64,000 bases of DNA. It comes from an uncultured Microthrixaceae bacterium. GTDB taxonomy: Bacteria; Actinomycetota; Acidimicrobiia; Acidimicrobiales; VFJN01. The translations under genes were made by a program, and so were the position numbers. The stretch lies in the NCBI GenBank assembly GCA_963846555.1, contig CAWJWI010000004.1, positions 902,371-966,370 of the forward strand, in the 5' to 3' direction. The notes under the pieces were generated by a model that was not told the origin of the DNA, did no database searches, and was given only the letters and a program-made list of their open reading frames with translations. Position 1 is the first letter of the stretch; each line of letters begins with the position of its first letter. Positions 20,231 to 30,394 of this stretch are shown here, piece by piece.

Positions 20231-21988
20231 ATGCAGCTCAACGGATCACAAGCTCTGATCAAGGCCCTCGAGATGGAGGGCGTCGACACCATCTTCGGGC
20301 TACCGGGCGGATGCATCCTGCCTGTGTACGACCCGCTGCTCGACAGCGCCATCAGGCACATCCTCGTGCGCCACGAGCAGGGCGCCGGCCACATGGCCGA
20401 GGGCTACGCCCACGTGACGGGCCGCCCGGGCGTGGCCATGGTTACGTCGGGTCCGGCGGCCACGAACATCGTCACGCCGCTCTGCGACGCCTACATGGAC
20501 TCCATCCCCATGGTCGTCATCACGGGCCAGGTGGCCACCGGCGCCATCGGCACCGACGCCTTCCAGGAGTGCGACACGATCGGCATCACCCGGTCGGTCA
20601 CCAAGCACAACGAGCTGGTGACCTCGGCGCAGGACATCCCCCGCGCGGTCAGGGAGGCCTTCCACATCGCCACCACGGGCCGGCCCGGTCCGGTCCTGCT
20701 CGACATCCCGAAGGACATCATCGACGCCAAGAACCCGAGCTCGGCCATGGACTGGTACTGGCCTGACGACGCCTCGGTGCTAGAGGGCCTGCCCGGCTAC
20801 CGGCCCACGACCAAGGGCCACCCCCGCAAGATCCGGGAGGCGGCCCAGCTGATCCTGGCCTCCACCCGACCCGTCATCTACGCCGGGGGCGGGATCCTCA
20901 AGGCCCGGGCCGCGGAGGCCCTCCGTGAGCTGGCCGAGCTGTGCGACATCCACGTCGTCACCACCCTGATGGCCCGGGGCGCCTTCCCCGACGACCACCC
21001 GCTGTGCCTCGGCATGCCGGGGATGCACGGCAACTACACGGCCGTCACCTCGATGCAGCGATCTGATCTGCTCATCGCCCTCGGCAGCCGGTTCGACGAT
21101 CGGGTCACCGGCAAGATCCCGGACTTCGCCCCTGAGGCCAAGGTCATCCACGTCGACATCGACCCGGCCGAGCTGGGCAAGGTCCGCCGGCCCGACGTCC
21201 CGATCGTGGGCGACGCCCGCCTCGTGATCGAAGAGCTCGTGTCGGTGCTCAAGGGCCTTCTGGCCGAAGGCTCCACCCAGCCCGACCGCTCGGCCTGGAA
21301 GCAGACGATCTCTGGCTGGCAGGAGAAGCACCCGCTCTCCTACAAGCAGTCCGACCCCGGCGACGCCCTCAAGCCGCAGTTCGTCCTCGAGCAGCTGCGC
21401 GACAACACACCGGACGACACGATCGTGGCCTCGGGCGTGGGCCAGCACCAGATGTGGACGTCGCAGTACTGGAAGTTCAACCACCCCTACACGTGGGTGA
21501 ACTCCGGCGGGCTGGGCACGATGGGCTTCGCCGTCCCGGCGGCGATCGGCGCCAAGGTGGGCCGGCCCGACCGGATGGTGTGGGCCGTCGACGGTGACGG
21601 CTGCTTCCAGATGACAGCCCAGGAGCTCGTCACGGCAGCAGCCGAGCGCATCCCGGTGAAGATCGCCATCCTCAACAACGCCTACCTCGGCATGGTCCGC
21701 CAGTGGCAGGAGATGTTCTACGAGGAGCGCTACTCCGAGGTGTACCTCTCGCCCGATCTGCCCGACTACAAGCTCTGGGCCGAGGCCATGGGCTGCGTCG
21801 GGATGCGAGTCGACTCGCCCGAGGAGGTCGAGTCCGCCATCCAGAAGGCGAACGAGATCGACGACCGGCCCGTCGTCATCGACTTCCGCACCGACTCCTC
21901 GGAGAAGGTCTTCCCGATGGTCCCGGCCGGCCTCAGCAACGACGCCATCATCACCGACCCCGCCCTTGGAGAGGACTTCGTCCAGTGA
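20231..21988 (+). CDS. ilvB: Acetolactate synthase large subunit
   Basis: [34 protein letters not shown]...; ThDP motif [17 protein letters not shown]...[12 protein letters not shown]. Confidence 0.95.
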   Translation: MQLNGSQALIKALEMEGVDTIFGLPGGCILPVYDPLLDSAIRHILVRHEQGAGHMAEGYAHVTGRPGVAMVTSGPAATNIVTPLCDAYMDSIPMVVITGQVATGAIGTDAFQECDTIGITRSVTKHNELVTSAQDIPRAVREAFHIATTGRPGPVLLDIPKDIIDAKNPSSAMDWYWPDDASVLEGLPGYRPTTKGHPRKIREAAQLILASTRPVIYAGGGILKARAAEALRELAELCDIHVVTTLMARGAFPDDHPLCLGMPGMHGNYTAVTSMQRSDLLIALGSRFDDRVTGKIPDFAPEAKVIHVDIDPAELGKVRRPDVPIVGDARLVIEELVSVLKGLLAEGSTQPDRSAWKQTISGWQEKHPLSYKQSDPGDALKPQFVLEQLRDNTPDDTIVASGVGQHQMWTSQYWKFNHPYTWVNSGGLGTMGFAVPAAIGAKVGRPDRMVWAVDGDGCFQMTAQELVTAAAERIPVKIAILNNAYLGMVRQWQEMFYEERYSEVYLSPDLPDYKLWAEAMGCVGMRVDSPEEVESAIQKANEIDDRPVVIDFRTDSSEKVFPMVPAGLSNDAIITDPALGEDFVQ

Positions 21989-22521
21989 CCACCGCAGACG
22001 ACGGCATCAGCCACCACATCCTGTCGGTGCTGGTCGAGAACAAGGCTGGCGTGCTGGCCCGGGTGTCGGGCCTCTTCGCCCGGCGCGGTTTCAACATCAT
22101 CAGCCTGGCCGTTGCCCCCACTGAGGACGAGCGGTTGAGCCGGATCACGATCGCGGTCGACGTCGCATCGGCGCCGCTGGAGCAGGTCACCAAGCAGCTC
22201 TTCAAGCTCATCAACGTCGTGAAGATCACCGAGCTCGACCCTCGGAACGCCGTCGAGCGCGAGCTCCTGCTCGTCACCGTGGCCGCCCCACCAGAGAGCC
22301 GGGGCCAGGTCATCGAGCTCGTGAACGTCTTCGAGGGCCGCATCCTCAACGTGGGCCACGACCGGCTCACCTTGTCCCTGGAGGGGCACCCGGACAAACT
22401 CGATGACTTCGAGGAGCTGCTGCGGCCCTACGGCATCGCTGAGCTGCAGCGCACCGGGCGCGTTGCCCTCCCCAAGATCGACAACACCCCGAACCGGCTC
22501 CGGCCGGCCCGAGCCTCCTGA
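21985..22521 (+). CDS. ilvN: Acetolactate synthase small subunit
   Basis: ACT domain [33 protein letters not shown]. Its GTG overlaps the ilvB stop. Confidence 0.9.
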   Translation: MTTADDGISHHILSVLVENKAGVLARVSGLFARRGFNIISLAVAPTEDERLSRITIAVDVASAPLEQVTKQLFKLINVVKITELDPRNAVERELLLVTVAAPPESRGQVIELVNVFEGRILNVGHDRLTLSLEGHPDKLDDFEELLRPYGIAELQRTGRVALPKIDNTPNRLRPARAS

Positions 22522-22531
22522 AGGACCACTG

Positions 22532-23557
22532 ATGGCCAACGTGTACTACGAGAAGGACGCCGACAGCTCGCTCATCGCCGGCCGCAAGGTCGCCGTGATC
22601 GGCTATGGGTCCCAGGGGCATGCCCATGCCCTCAACCTGAAGGACTCCGGGGTCGACGTGCGCGTCGGCCTGCGAGAGGGGTCCGCCTCTGTGGCCAAGG
22701 CGGAGGCGGCCGGCCTGCGGGTGCTGTCGATCGCCGACGCCACCGCCGAGGCCGACCTCGTGATGCTCCTGGGCCCTGACACGGAGCACAAGGCCATCTT
22801 CAACGAGCACATCGCCCCGAACCTGTCCTCGGGCGACGCCCTCTTCGTCGGCCACGGGTTCAGCGTGCGCTTCGACCAGGTCGTGCCGCCCGCCGACGTC
22901 GACGTCGCCCTGGTGGCCCCCAAGGGCCCGGGTCACCTCGTGCGTCGCACCTACACCGAGGGCGGCGGCGTGCCCTGCCTCATCGCCGTGGCCCAGGACG
23001 CGTCGGGCAAGGCCCGCGACCTCGCCATGTCGTACGCCGACGCCATCGGCGGCACCCGTTCCGGCGTCCTCGAGACGACCTTCGAGGAGGAGACCGAGAC
23101 CGACCTCTTCGGTGAGCAGGTCGTCCTCTGCGGAGGCGTGACCGCCCTCGTGCAGGCCGGCTTCGAGACGCTCGTCGAGGCGGGCTACCAGCCCGAGTCG
23201 GCCTACTTCGAGTGCCTCCACGAGCTGAAGCTCATCGTGGACCTCATGTACGAGCAGGGCATCGCCGGCATGCGGTACTCCATCTCCGACACAGCCGAGT
23301 ACGGCGACCTCACCCGCGGCCCCCGCATCATCACCGCGGAGGTGAAGGCCGAGATGCGCAAGATCCTCGACGAGATCCAGGACGGGCGCTTCGCGGCCGA
23401 GTGGGTCAAGGAGTCCGAGTCCGGGCGCAGCACGTACAAGCGCCTCCAGGAGCAGGGCAAGACCCACCAGATCGAGCAGGTCGGCGAGGAGCTCCGAGGC
23501 ATGATGCCGTGGATCTCGGCCGGCAAGCAGCGCGTCCAAGACGCCTCCGGAGGCTGA
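22532..23557 (+). CDS. ilvC: Ketol-acid reductoisomerase
   Basis: [40 protein letters not shown]. Confidence 0.95.
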   Translation: MANVYYEKDADSSLIAGRKVAVIGYGSQGHAHALNLKDSGVDVRVGLREGSASVAKAEAAGLRVLSIADATAEADLVMLLGPDTEHKAIFNEHIAPNLSSGDALFVGHGFSVRFDQVVPPADVDVALVAPKGPGHLVRRTYTEGGGVPCLIAVAQDASGKARDLAMSYADAIGGTRSGVLETTFEEETETDLFGEQVVLCGGVTALVQAGFETLVEAGYQPESAYFECLHELKLIVDLMYEQGIAGMRYSISDTAEYGDLTRGPRIITAEVKAEMRKILDEIQDGRFAAEWVKESESGRSTYKRLQEQGKTHQIEQVGEELRGMMPWISAGKQRVQDASGG

Positions 23558-23588
23558 ACCCAGGCGGTTCCGGCTACGGTCCGCCGAG

Positions 23589-24884
23589 GTGGGATCGGGC
23601 GAACCGGACATCTCGGACGCATATAGGACGGTGCCGCGACGACTCCGGTACGCCAGCGAGGCCAGCGAGGCCGACTACCGACGCTGGCGCACGGCGCACG
23701 CAGCCCCGCTCATCCGCGTGGGGATGCTCGGCGCCCTGGCCGGTGGCTTCACGATCGTCGCCACGGGCCAAGTCCTCGACCACGCCTACGGAGACACCTT
23801 CCTGGGCGTCGTGGCGGTGGTCAGCCCCGGGTTTGTTGCATCGAGCCTGATCGCGTGGCTGGCGCCGACCAGTCGGGCCCTCCTGCCCATCGCGGCCGCA
23901 ACCACCGCCGTTTGGGGGTCCGCGCTCGTGTGGTCGCTCCACGCATCACTCGACGTTGCCAGTCTGGGTACCACAGCAGTGCTCCTGGTGAGCCTGTGGG
24001 GCCTGCTCGTCTTTCGCCTGCCACCTGCCATGGGCTTCGTCGCCTGCGCGCTCTTCACCGTGATGCACCAGGTGGGGCTCGCGGTCTCGGAGGAATCGGC
24101 CCGAGGCTCGGACGCGCTGCACTCGACCATCACATGGATGGTCTTCATCGCGGTCGTCGGGGTGGCGCTGGTCGTCGACAGTGGCGGACGCACCCAGTTC
24201 GCCCAGGAGCACGTGATCGCGGCCCAGCACGAGCTCATCGTTCGTGAGCGGCGTCGCGCTGACGAGCTGCTGCGGAACATCCTTCCCGAGTCGATCGCCG
24301 CTCGGCTCAAGGATGGGGCTGGGATCATCGCCGATCACCACGACCAGGTGACGGTGCTGTTCGCGGACCTCGTGGGGTTCACACCGCTCTCCATGCAGCT
24401 CCCAGCGACAGAGGTGGTCACCATGCTCGACGAGGTGTTCCACCTGCTCGATGACATCGTCGACCGACACCACGTGGAGAAGATCAAGACGGTGGGCGAC
24501 GCGTACATGGCGGTGGCCGGCGCTCCTGAGCCCCGGGACGATCACGCCGAGGCCATCGCCGAGGTCGCCCTCGACATCGTCGACGCGCTGGAGGGGCTCA
24601 GCTCGGGCTGGCCGAGCAGCATCGAGATGCGGATCGGGATCGCTACCGGAGACGCGATCGGAGGCGTCATCGGCCGTCGGAAGTTCGCCTACGACCTGTG
24701 GTCGGACACCGTCAACACGGCCTCGCGCATGGAATCGCACGGACTTCCGGGACGCATCCAGATCACGGACGCGACGGCGAGCATCCTTGCCCCCGGCTAC
24801 CTCCTTCAGGAGCGCGGCATCGTTGACCTGAAGGGGAAGGGCCCGACGCACACGTGGTTCTTGAACGGTCGAATCGCCAGCTGA
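23589..24884 (+). CDS. Membrane-bound class III adenylate/guanylate cyclase
   Basis: N-terminal multi-TM region. Catalytic domain VTVLFADLVGFT...KTVGDAYMAVAG...FAYDLWSDTVNTASRMES. Confidence 0.85.
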   Translation: MGSGEPDISDAYRTVPRRLRYASEASEADYRRWRTAHAAPLIRVGMLGALAGGFTIVATGQVLDHAYGDTFLGVVAVVSPGFVASSLIAWLAPTSRALLPIAAATTAVWGSALVWSLHASLDVASLGTTAVLLVSLWGLLVFRLPPAMGFVACALFTVMHQVGLAVSEESARGSDALHSTITWMVFIAVVGVALVVDSGGRTQFAQEHVIAAQHELIVRERRRADELLRNILPESIAARLKDGAGIIADHHDQVTVLFADLVGFTPLSMQLPATEVVTMLDEVFHLLDDIVDRHHVEKIKTVGDAYMAVAGAPEPRDDHAEAIAEVALDIVDALEGLSSGWPSSIEMRIGIATGDAIGGVIGRRKFAYDLWSDTVNTASRMESHGLPGRIQITDATASILAPGYLLQERGIVDLKGKGPTHTWFLNGRIAS

Positions 24885-24968
24885 TCGTCCTGCAGCGCAC
24901 CTGCCGCGCCTCCGGCTGCTTCGCTCGCGTCTACGGTGCGCCAGCCCACCGAACCGAGGAGCGGCGTC

Positions 24969-25376
24969 GTGACCGTCGAGCTGTTGAACCCCGAGGGGCT
25001 GTCGAAGCCTGATGTCTACCGCCAGGTGGCGATCGCCAGCGGCTCGAGGATGGTGTTCCTCTCCGGCCAGGTGGCTCGGGACGCCGACGGCGAGCCGGTC
25101 GGGGTGGGTGACCTCGCCGCTCAGGTCGACCAGGCCCTGCGCAACGTCGACACGGGTGTGCGGGCCGCCGGCGGCACGTTCGCCGACGTGGCCAAGCTCA
25201 CGATCTACATCGTGGACTGGACGCCCGAGAAGATGGCCGACCTCGGCGAGGGAGTCATGCGTGCAGCCGTGGCGCTCGGGGTCGATCCGACCAAGGCCGT
25301 CACCCTCCTCCCCGTGGTCGCCCTAGCCGAGCCCGACTTGCTCGTGGAGATCGAAGCCATCGCCGTCCTCGACTGA
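24969..25376 (+). CDS. RidA/YjgF-family protein
   Basis: VYRQVAIASGSRMVFLSGQVARDADGEPV...AKLTIYIV. An AGGAG RBS lies 8 nt before GTG 24969. The ORF opens at 24936. Confidence 0.85.
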   Translation: MTVELLNPEGLSKPDVYRQVAIASGSRMVFLSGQVARDADGEPVGVGDLAAQVDQALRNVDTGVRAAGGTFADVAKLTIYIVDWTPEKMADLGEGVMRAAVALGVDPTKAVTLLPVVALAEPDLLVEIEAIAVLD

Positions 25377-25386
25377 GGTCGTCACC

Positions 25387-26094
25387 TCAGGTGAGGTGGC
25401 GGGCCAGGAACTCGGTCGTGCGCTGCCAGGCCAGGTCGGCAGCTTCGGCCTGGTACATGGACGGGGCGTCCCAGTTCCCGAAGGCGTGGCCCGCTTCGTA
25501 GCGGTGCAGCGTCATGCCGGGCCGACCTTCGACAGCCGCCTCCACAGCGCTGATGTGCTCCTCGGGGATGAACGGGTCGTCGTTGCCGTAGTGGAACAGC
25601 AACGGGCAGGGCACCTGGTCGAGCTGGGGCAGCACCTCCAGGTTCCCGGACCCGTAGTAGGAGACGGCGGCGTCGATGCCCCGCCCGTCGACCTGGCTGC
25701 GCGCGGCACAGCTGAAGGCGAGGGTCCCGCCCAGGCAGAAGCCGAGGGCCCCGACGCGGCCGGTGCACTCGGGCATGGCCAGCAGGTGGGCGTGGGTCGC
25801 CTGGATGTCGCGAGATCCCTCTTCGAAGTCGAAGCGCTGCACCATCGCGAAGGCGTCCTGCAGCCCGGACTCGTCCTTGCGCTCGAACCTGGGCTCGAGG
25901 CGCCAGAACATGTCGGGGACGAGCACGACGTAGCCCTCGGCTGCGAGGCGGTCGGCGATGCCGCGCATGTTGTCGTTGATGCCGAAGATCTCCTGGAAGA
26001 GCAGGACTCCAGGTCCGCTCCCTTCTGCCGGGAGGGCGCAGTAGGCGTCGAAGGGGCCGCCGGTCTGGGCGGTGATGGGCTCGTATCGGGTCAC
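25387..26094 (-). CDS. Dienelactone hydrolase family protein
   Basis: GVLLFQEIFGINDNMRGIADRLAAEGYVVLVPDMFWR...GFCLGG nucleophile. GTG 26094 is the probable start. Confidence 0.8.
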   Translation of the reverse strand: MTRYEPITAQTGGPFDAYCALPAEGSGPGVLLFQEIFGINDNMRGIADRLAAEGYVVLVPDMFWRLEPRFERKDESGLQDAFAMVQRFDFEEGSRDIQATHAHLLAMPECTGRVGALGFCLGGTLAFSCAARSQVDGRGIDAAVSYYGSGNLEVLPQLDQVPCPLLFHYGNDDPFIPEEHISAVEAAVEGRPGMTLHRYEAGHAFGNWDAPSMYQAEAADLAWQRTTEFLARHLT

Positions 26095-26134
26095 GGCCGG
26101 GCAGCGTAGGAGGCCGCGGTGGCAGGCTGTCGGC

Positions 26135-26509
26135 ATGCTCGACCACCTCGGGATCCAGTGCACCGACATGGCGGCCAGCGCCACGTTCTACGACGCCGTT
26201 CTGGAGCCCCTCGGCTTCCGGCGGCTCATGGACTTCGGAGTGGCCATGGGCTACGGCTCGGACAAGCCGGACTTCTGGATCGCCGGGCTCGATGACGGAG
26301 CCGGCTTCCGCGAGGCCCACATCGCGTTCACCGCCCCCGACCGGGCCCGGGTCCACGCCTTCTTCGATGTCGCCGTCGGTCTCGGAGCCGAGGTGCTCCA
26401 CGAACCGCGCGTGTTCCCCGAGTACCACCCGGCGTACTACGGCGCGTTCGTGCGGGACCCGGACGGCAACAACGTCGAAGCCGTCTGCCACGCGCCCGAC
26501 GCGGGCTGA
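26135..26509 (+). CDS. VOC/glyoxalase-family protein
   Basis: MLDHLGIQCTDMAASATFYDAVLEPLGF...FVRDPDGNNVEAV. Confidence 0.8.
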   Translation: MLDHLGIQCTDMAASATFYDAVLEPLGFRRLMDFGVAMGYGSDKPDFWIAGLDDGAGFREAHIAFTAPDRARVHAFFDVAVGLGAEVLHEPRVFPEYHPAYYGAFVRDPDGNNVEAVCHAPDAG

Positions 26510-26511
26510 GG

Positions 26512-28933
26512 TCAGCTGGCGCGCAGGACGCTGGCGGCGGGGATCCGCCGGGCCCGGCGAGCGGGGCGGAGGGCAGCCAGGTTCACGACGACCAGGGCCA
26601 GGACCGCCACTGCCGCGAGGGTTGGCAGCGGGTTGGCCGGCGTGTCGACCACACCCAGGTCCCCGGCCACGGCTCGCCAGGCGAGCCGGCCGACGACCAC
26701 GCCGAGCGGGCCGCCGACCGCCAGCCCGACGAGAGCGAGCGCGGTCGCCTGGGCCACCAGCGTCGAGGTCAGCTGCCGGCCGACGAAGCCGAGGGTCCGC
26801 AGCACGGCGAGGTCCTGACGCCGTCGCCGGACCGTCGTGACGAGGGCATGGGCCGCGGCCAGGGCCGCGAACAGCGCGAGCACCGCGATCATGGCGTTCG
26901 GGATCGACCGGACCAGCCGCAGGTTGGTCACCTCCGAGGGCGTCCGGAGCCCACTGACCTCGGCGCCCGTCGCCTCGGCAAGCTGCTCGTTGGCCGCGTC
27001 GACGTCTACGCCGTCCGCCCACCCGATGAGGAGGTCGTTGTTGAGGCTCTCGTTCGAGGCGAGGGGCAGGAGCGCCTCCTCGGTGAGCAAGGCGCCTCGG
27101 TCGACGGCACTGCGGTCGTCGATGATCGGCAGGGCCACCCGCCCGACGACCTTCAGGCTGGACGGCCTCCCCGGCCCCTCCAGCTCGACGATGTCGCCGA
27201 TCCGCAGGTTGGCGTCGCGCATTGTGGCCGTGCCCAGGGCGACCTCGTCGTCTCCTCGAGGCAGGGTGCCCGCGAGCAGGGTTGGCTCGGCCGATCCCTT
27301 GAGCCGCCCGAAGGCGTGGATGTTGACGTCGCCGGTGCCGAGGTGGGCCAGGCTCGTGGTCAGCGACGCAGCGTCGCGCACCCGGGGATCGGCGAGCAGC
27401 TCGTCGCCGGCTTCGCCCACGACGTCGCCCTGGAAGCCGGAGACGAGCGCGTGCCAGGGGAAGCCGAAGCGAGGCGGGGAGTCGACGAGCGTGGAGAGGC
27501 TGGCCGCGAACACCACCACCGCTACGACGCCCCCGATCCCGAGGGTCACCCCTGCGAGCGTCGAGCGCACCGGGGGCGCCGCCGAGCCACGTCCGGGCGA
27601 AAGGGCCATGCCCACACCGACGACGCTGGGGGGCGCCGCCCCGACCTGTGCCATCGTCCGCTGGACGATGGAGGGTCGGCTGGGACCGAGGTCAGCTTCC
27701 CCGGCCACCGGTGCCCGGGTGGTGACCCACGCCGCCAGCGCGGCCAGCGCCATGGCGGTGAGCGCGATGGCGGGGATGCCGAGGCCGAGGACGATGCCGT
27801 CCACCGACAGCCCGAGGGCGGGCTCCGCCTGCCGGGCCAGCCCGACCGGCATCAGCGGCGACGCGAGCACCGACGCCAGCCCGGCGAGGAGCGCACCGCC
27901 GATTGCTGCAGGCAGCGCGATGCCCACGAGCGACGTGGCGCGCTCCCGGCGGCTCATGCCGAGCGCGGCCAGCCCGCGCTCGGTGGCCGGGTCCTGCCCG
28001 AGATGGCGGGCCAGAGCCTGGGCCAGGACAACGACCCCAGCGAGAGCGGCACACAGGGCGCAGACGAGGAGGGCGGCGACGAGCACGGCGATGCTGTCGT
28101 CGACCTTGTCGGCGAAGTCCGACGCAGGCTGCAGCTCCAGCTCGGCGTCGTCCGGGTAGAGCCGGCGGACAGCGTCCATCACCGGGGGCAGGTCGGCGGC
28201 CCCGTTGCGCAGCCTGACCCGGACGCCGCCCGGATAGATCCCCATGCGCTCGCCGTGCTCCTCGAGGAAGGCCGGCGGAAGGATGGCGCGAGGCAGGAAG
28301 CCGCCCGAGCTCTCGCCGAGGAAGTCCGGGGCGCTTACCACGCCGGTCACCGTGAGCGTGACCTCCGGCCCCGCCGGTGGACCGGCGTCCCCCGTGGTGA
28401 ACAGCGGCTCGAACTGCTCAGGCGAGTACGACTCGAAGTCGACCTCGTCGCCCACCTGCAGGTGGGCCTCGCGTGCGAACTGCTCGATGACGGCCATCTC
28501 GTCGGGGCGACCGAGCTCCGGCATCCGACCGGCGACGAGGCGGGGCCGGTCGATGGCCGTGCCGAAGATGTCGTCCATCTCGCGCGACCGCGAGGAAGTC
28601 GAGGAACGGGTAGAGCCCGGAACCCTTCGGGACGATGAAGGGATAGGCGGTGCGGGTGCTCGCGACGACCTGGGGAAGGGCCGCGATGGCGTCGAAGGAC
28701 TCCTCGCTCGGGTCCGACGGAGCGATGTCGAGGTCCCCCGCGAGCGTCTCCTGGCGAAAGCGCTCGTAGGCCGTCGACGAGCGGCGGGCACCAGCGACGG
28801 TGGTCAGAACGATGCCACCCACGAGGCCGACCATCAGCGTCAGGAGCAGCGCCGCCCGCCAACGGCTGCGCAGCTCCGATCGGGTTCGGTACCAAGCGGC
28901 GCCCATGCGCTCATCTGACCTGGAACCGGACAT
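26512..28933 (-). pseudogene. FtsX/MacB-type ABC permease (two FtsX modules); apparent 1-nt frameshift near 28582; no adjacent ATPase
   Basis: The N-terminal part is in ORF 28418..28933 (...AYPFIVPKGSGLYPFLDFLAVA). The rest is in ORF 26512..28791 (EMDDIFGTAIDRPRLVAGRMP...). One extra nucleotide in CTCGCGCGAC separates the two frames. Confidence 0.7.
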
Positions 28934-29023
28934 CCTGTCGAGGGCGAAGGCACCACCGGAGGAGTGGTGCTACCTCACCGGGACAGGCAGGTGCTGGAGC
29001 CTCGGCTGTGGAACCCTGCCTCG

Positions 29024-30295
29024 ATGTCCGATCTGGGTGGAGTGCACGTGCCACAGGTGGAGCCTGAGCACGGGCCCGACCTCCGCTTCGGCTTCAACGC
29101 CCACGAGTGGGGTGTGCTCGTGCCCCTGTCGATGGTGGGGTTCTTCCTCAACTACGACACCGGGCTGCTGAGCCTCGCCGCGCCGAGCATCGCCGAAGGC
29201 CTCGACGTCTCGGTGGCCCGCTTCGGCATCGGCGTCGCGGTGATCAGGGTGGCGGCTCTCGGGAGCATGCCGATCCTGCGCCTGGCCGACCGGGTGGGAC
29301 GGCGGCAGATGCTCCTCGTGTCGGTCCTGGCCTTCACCGTCGCCACTGCGGCGACGTCGCTGGCGTGGGGGCTGGTGTCCTTCGTCGCCTTCCAGATGGT
29401 GGCCCGCTTGTTCCTTGCCACAGAGGAGTCCCTGGCCGGCATCGTCATCAGCGAGGAGCTGCGAGCGGACCGCCGCGGTGCCGGTCTCACGCTCCTCGGC
29501 ATCATCGCCATGACCGGGTTCGGGCTCGTGGCGGTGATGCTCCTGGTCGTCCCGCTGACGCCACTCGACTGGCGCATCCTCTACCTGGCCGCGCTGCCAC
29601 CACTCGTGCTGGTGGCCTGGCTGCGCCGCAACCTGCGCGAGACGCAGGCCTTCACGGTGGCACAGGACGAGGAGCGGGTGCAGACCTCCTTCTGGCCCCA
29701 CGTCGACGCGTCCCATCGCCCCCGGCTGTGGCGCATCACCACCGTGCTCGGCACCCACGGAATCCTGGGAACGCCCGTGTTCTTCTACGCAGCCGAGCTG
29801 GCTCAGGACGGGTACGACTGGGAGGGCCTGTTCACCATCATCGTGATCGGGGCCGGACCGGCCACGCTCCTGGGCTACATCGCCGGCGGCCGCCTCAGCG
29901 ATCGGATCGGGCGCCAACCCGTCGTCATCTGGAGCGCAGTGCTCATGGTCATCGGGGTGGCGCTCGTCTTCAGCCAGGAGCGCTGGCTGTTCGCGCCGGG
30001 CTTCTTCATCCTCACGGGGTCCGACGCCGGGCTCACCGCCGTCCGCCCCTCGTACCTCTCCGAGCTCTTCCCGACCGAGGTGAGGGCCACCCTGCTCGCC
30101 TTCGTGTTCGGCGTCATCGTGGCCGGCGGCTCGCTCGGCCTGGTGGTGGTGGGGCTGCTCGAGGGGGTTGTCAGCACTCGCACCGCCATCGGCGGCTTGT
30201 GCGCGGTCATGCTCGCCGGCCTCCTGGCCATGCGGGGGCTGCCCGAGACGGCAGGGGACGACGTCATCCGATCCGAGGTCCCGGCGCCGGGTTGA
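29024..30295 (+). CDS. MFS transporter
   Basis: 12-TM-like hydrophobic profile and motif LADRVGRRQM. The start is ATG 29024. Confidence 0.8.
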   Translation: MSDLGGVHVPQVEPEHGPDLRFGFNAHEWGVLVPLSMVGFFLNYDTGLLSLAAPSIAEGLDVSVARFGIGVAVIRVAALGSMPILRLADRVGRRQMLLVSVLAFTVATAATSLAWGLVSFVAFQMVARLFLATEESLAGIVISEELRADRRGAGLTLLGIIAMTGFGLVAVMLLVVPLTPLDWRILYLAALPPLVLVAWLRRNLRETQAFTVAQDEERVQTSFWPHVDASHRPRLWRITTVLGTHGILGTPVFFYAAELAQDGYDWEGLFTIIVIGAGPATLLGYIAGGRLSDRIGRQPVVIWSAVLMVIGVALVFSQERWLFAPGFFILTGSDAGLTAVRPSYLSELFPTEVRATLLAFVFGVIVAGGSLGLVVVGLLEGVVSTRTAIGGLCAVMLAGLLAMRGLPETAGDDVIRSEVPAPG

Positions 30296-30323
30296 GGGCA
30301 GACTCGGTCCTGACCGCACTTCT

Positions 30324-30374
30324 CGTTCTCGGGCGATCTACACGACCATGTTCGCGGTAGATCGCCCGAGAACG
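30324..30374. repeat. Palindromic intergenic element, family B
   Basis: CGTTCTCGGGCGATCTAC, a 15-nt loop, then GTAGATCGCCCGAGAACG (perfect 18-bp arms). It lies between the convergent MFS and acyl-CoA synthetase genes. The same arms recur at 61587-61643. Confidence 0.85.
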
Positions 30375-30394
30375 CTCAGGTTCTGCCGGGCCGG

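Noticed and set aside
23542-23553. Palindrome GCCTCCGGAGGC at the end of ilvC, and the 7-bp-stem hairpin CTGAGGT-CGTC-ACCTCAG at 25373-25390 spanning two convergent stop codons.
   Set aside because: They are short, loop-poor and expected by chance in GC-rich sequence. At best they are weak terminators, so I did not report them as features.
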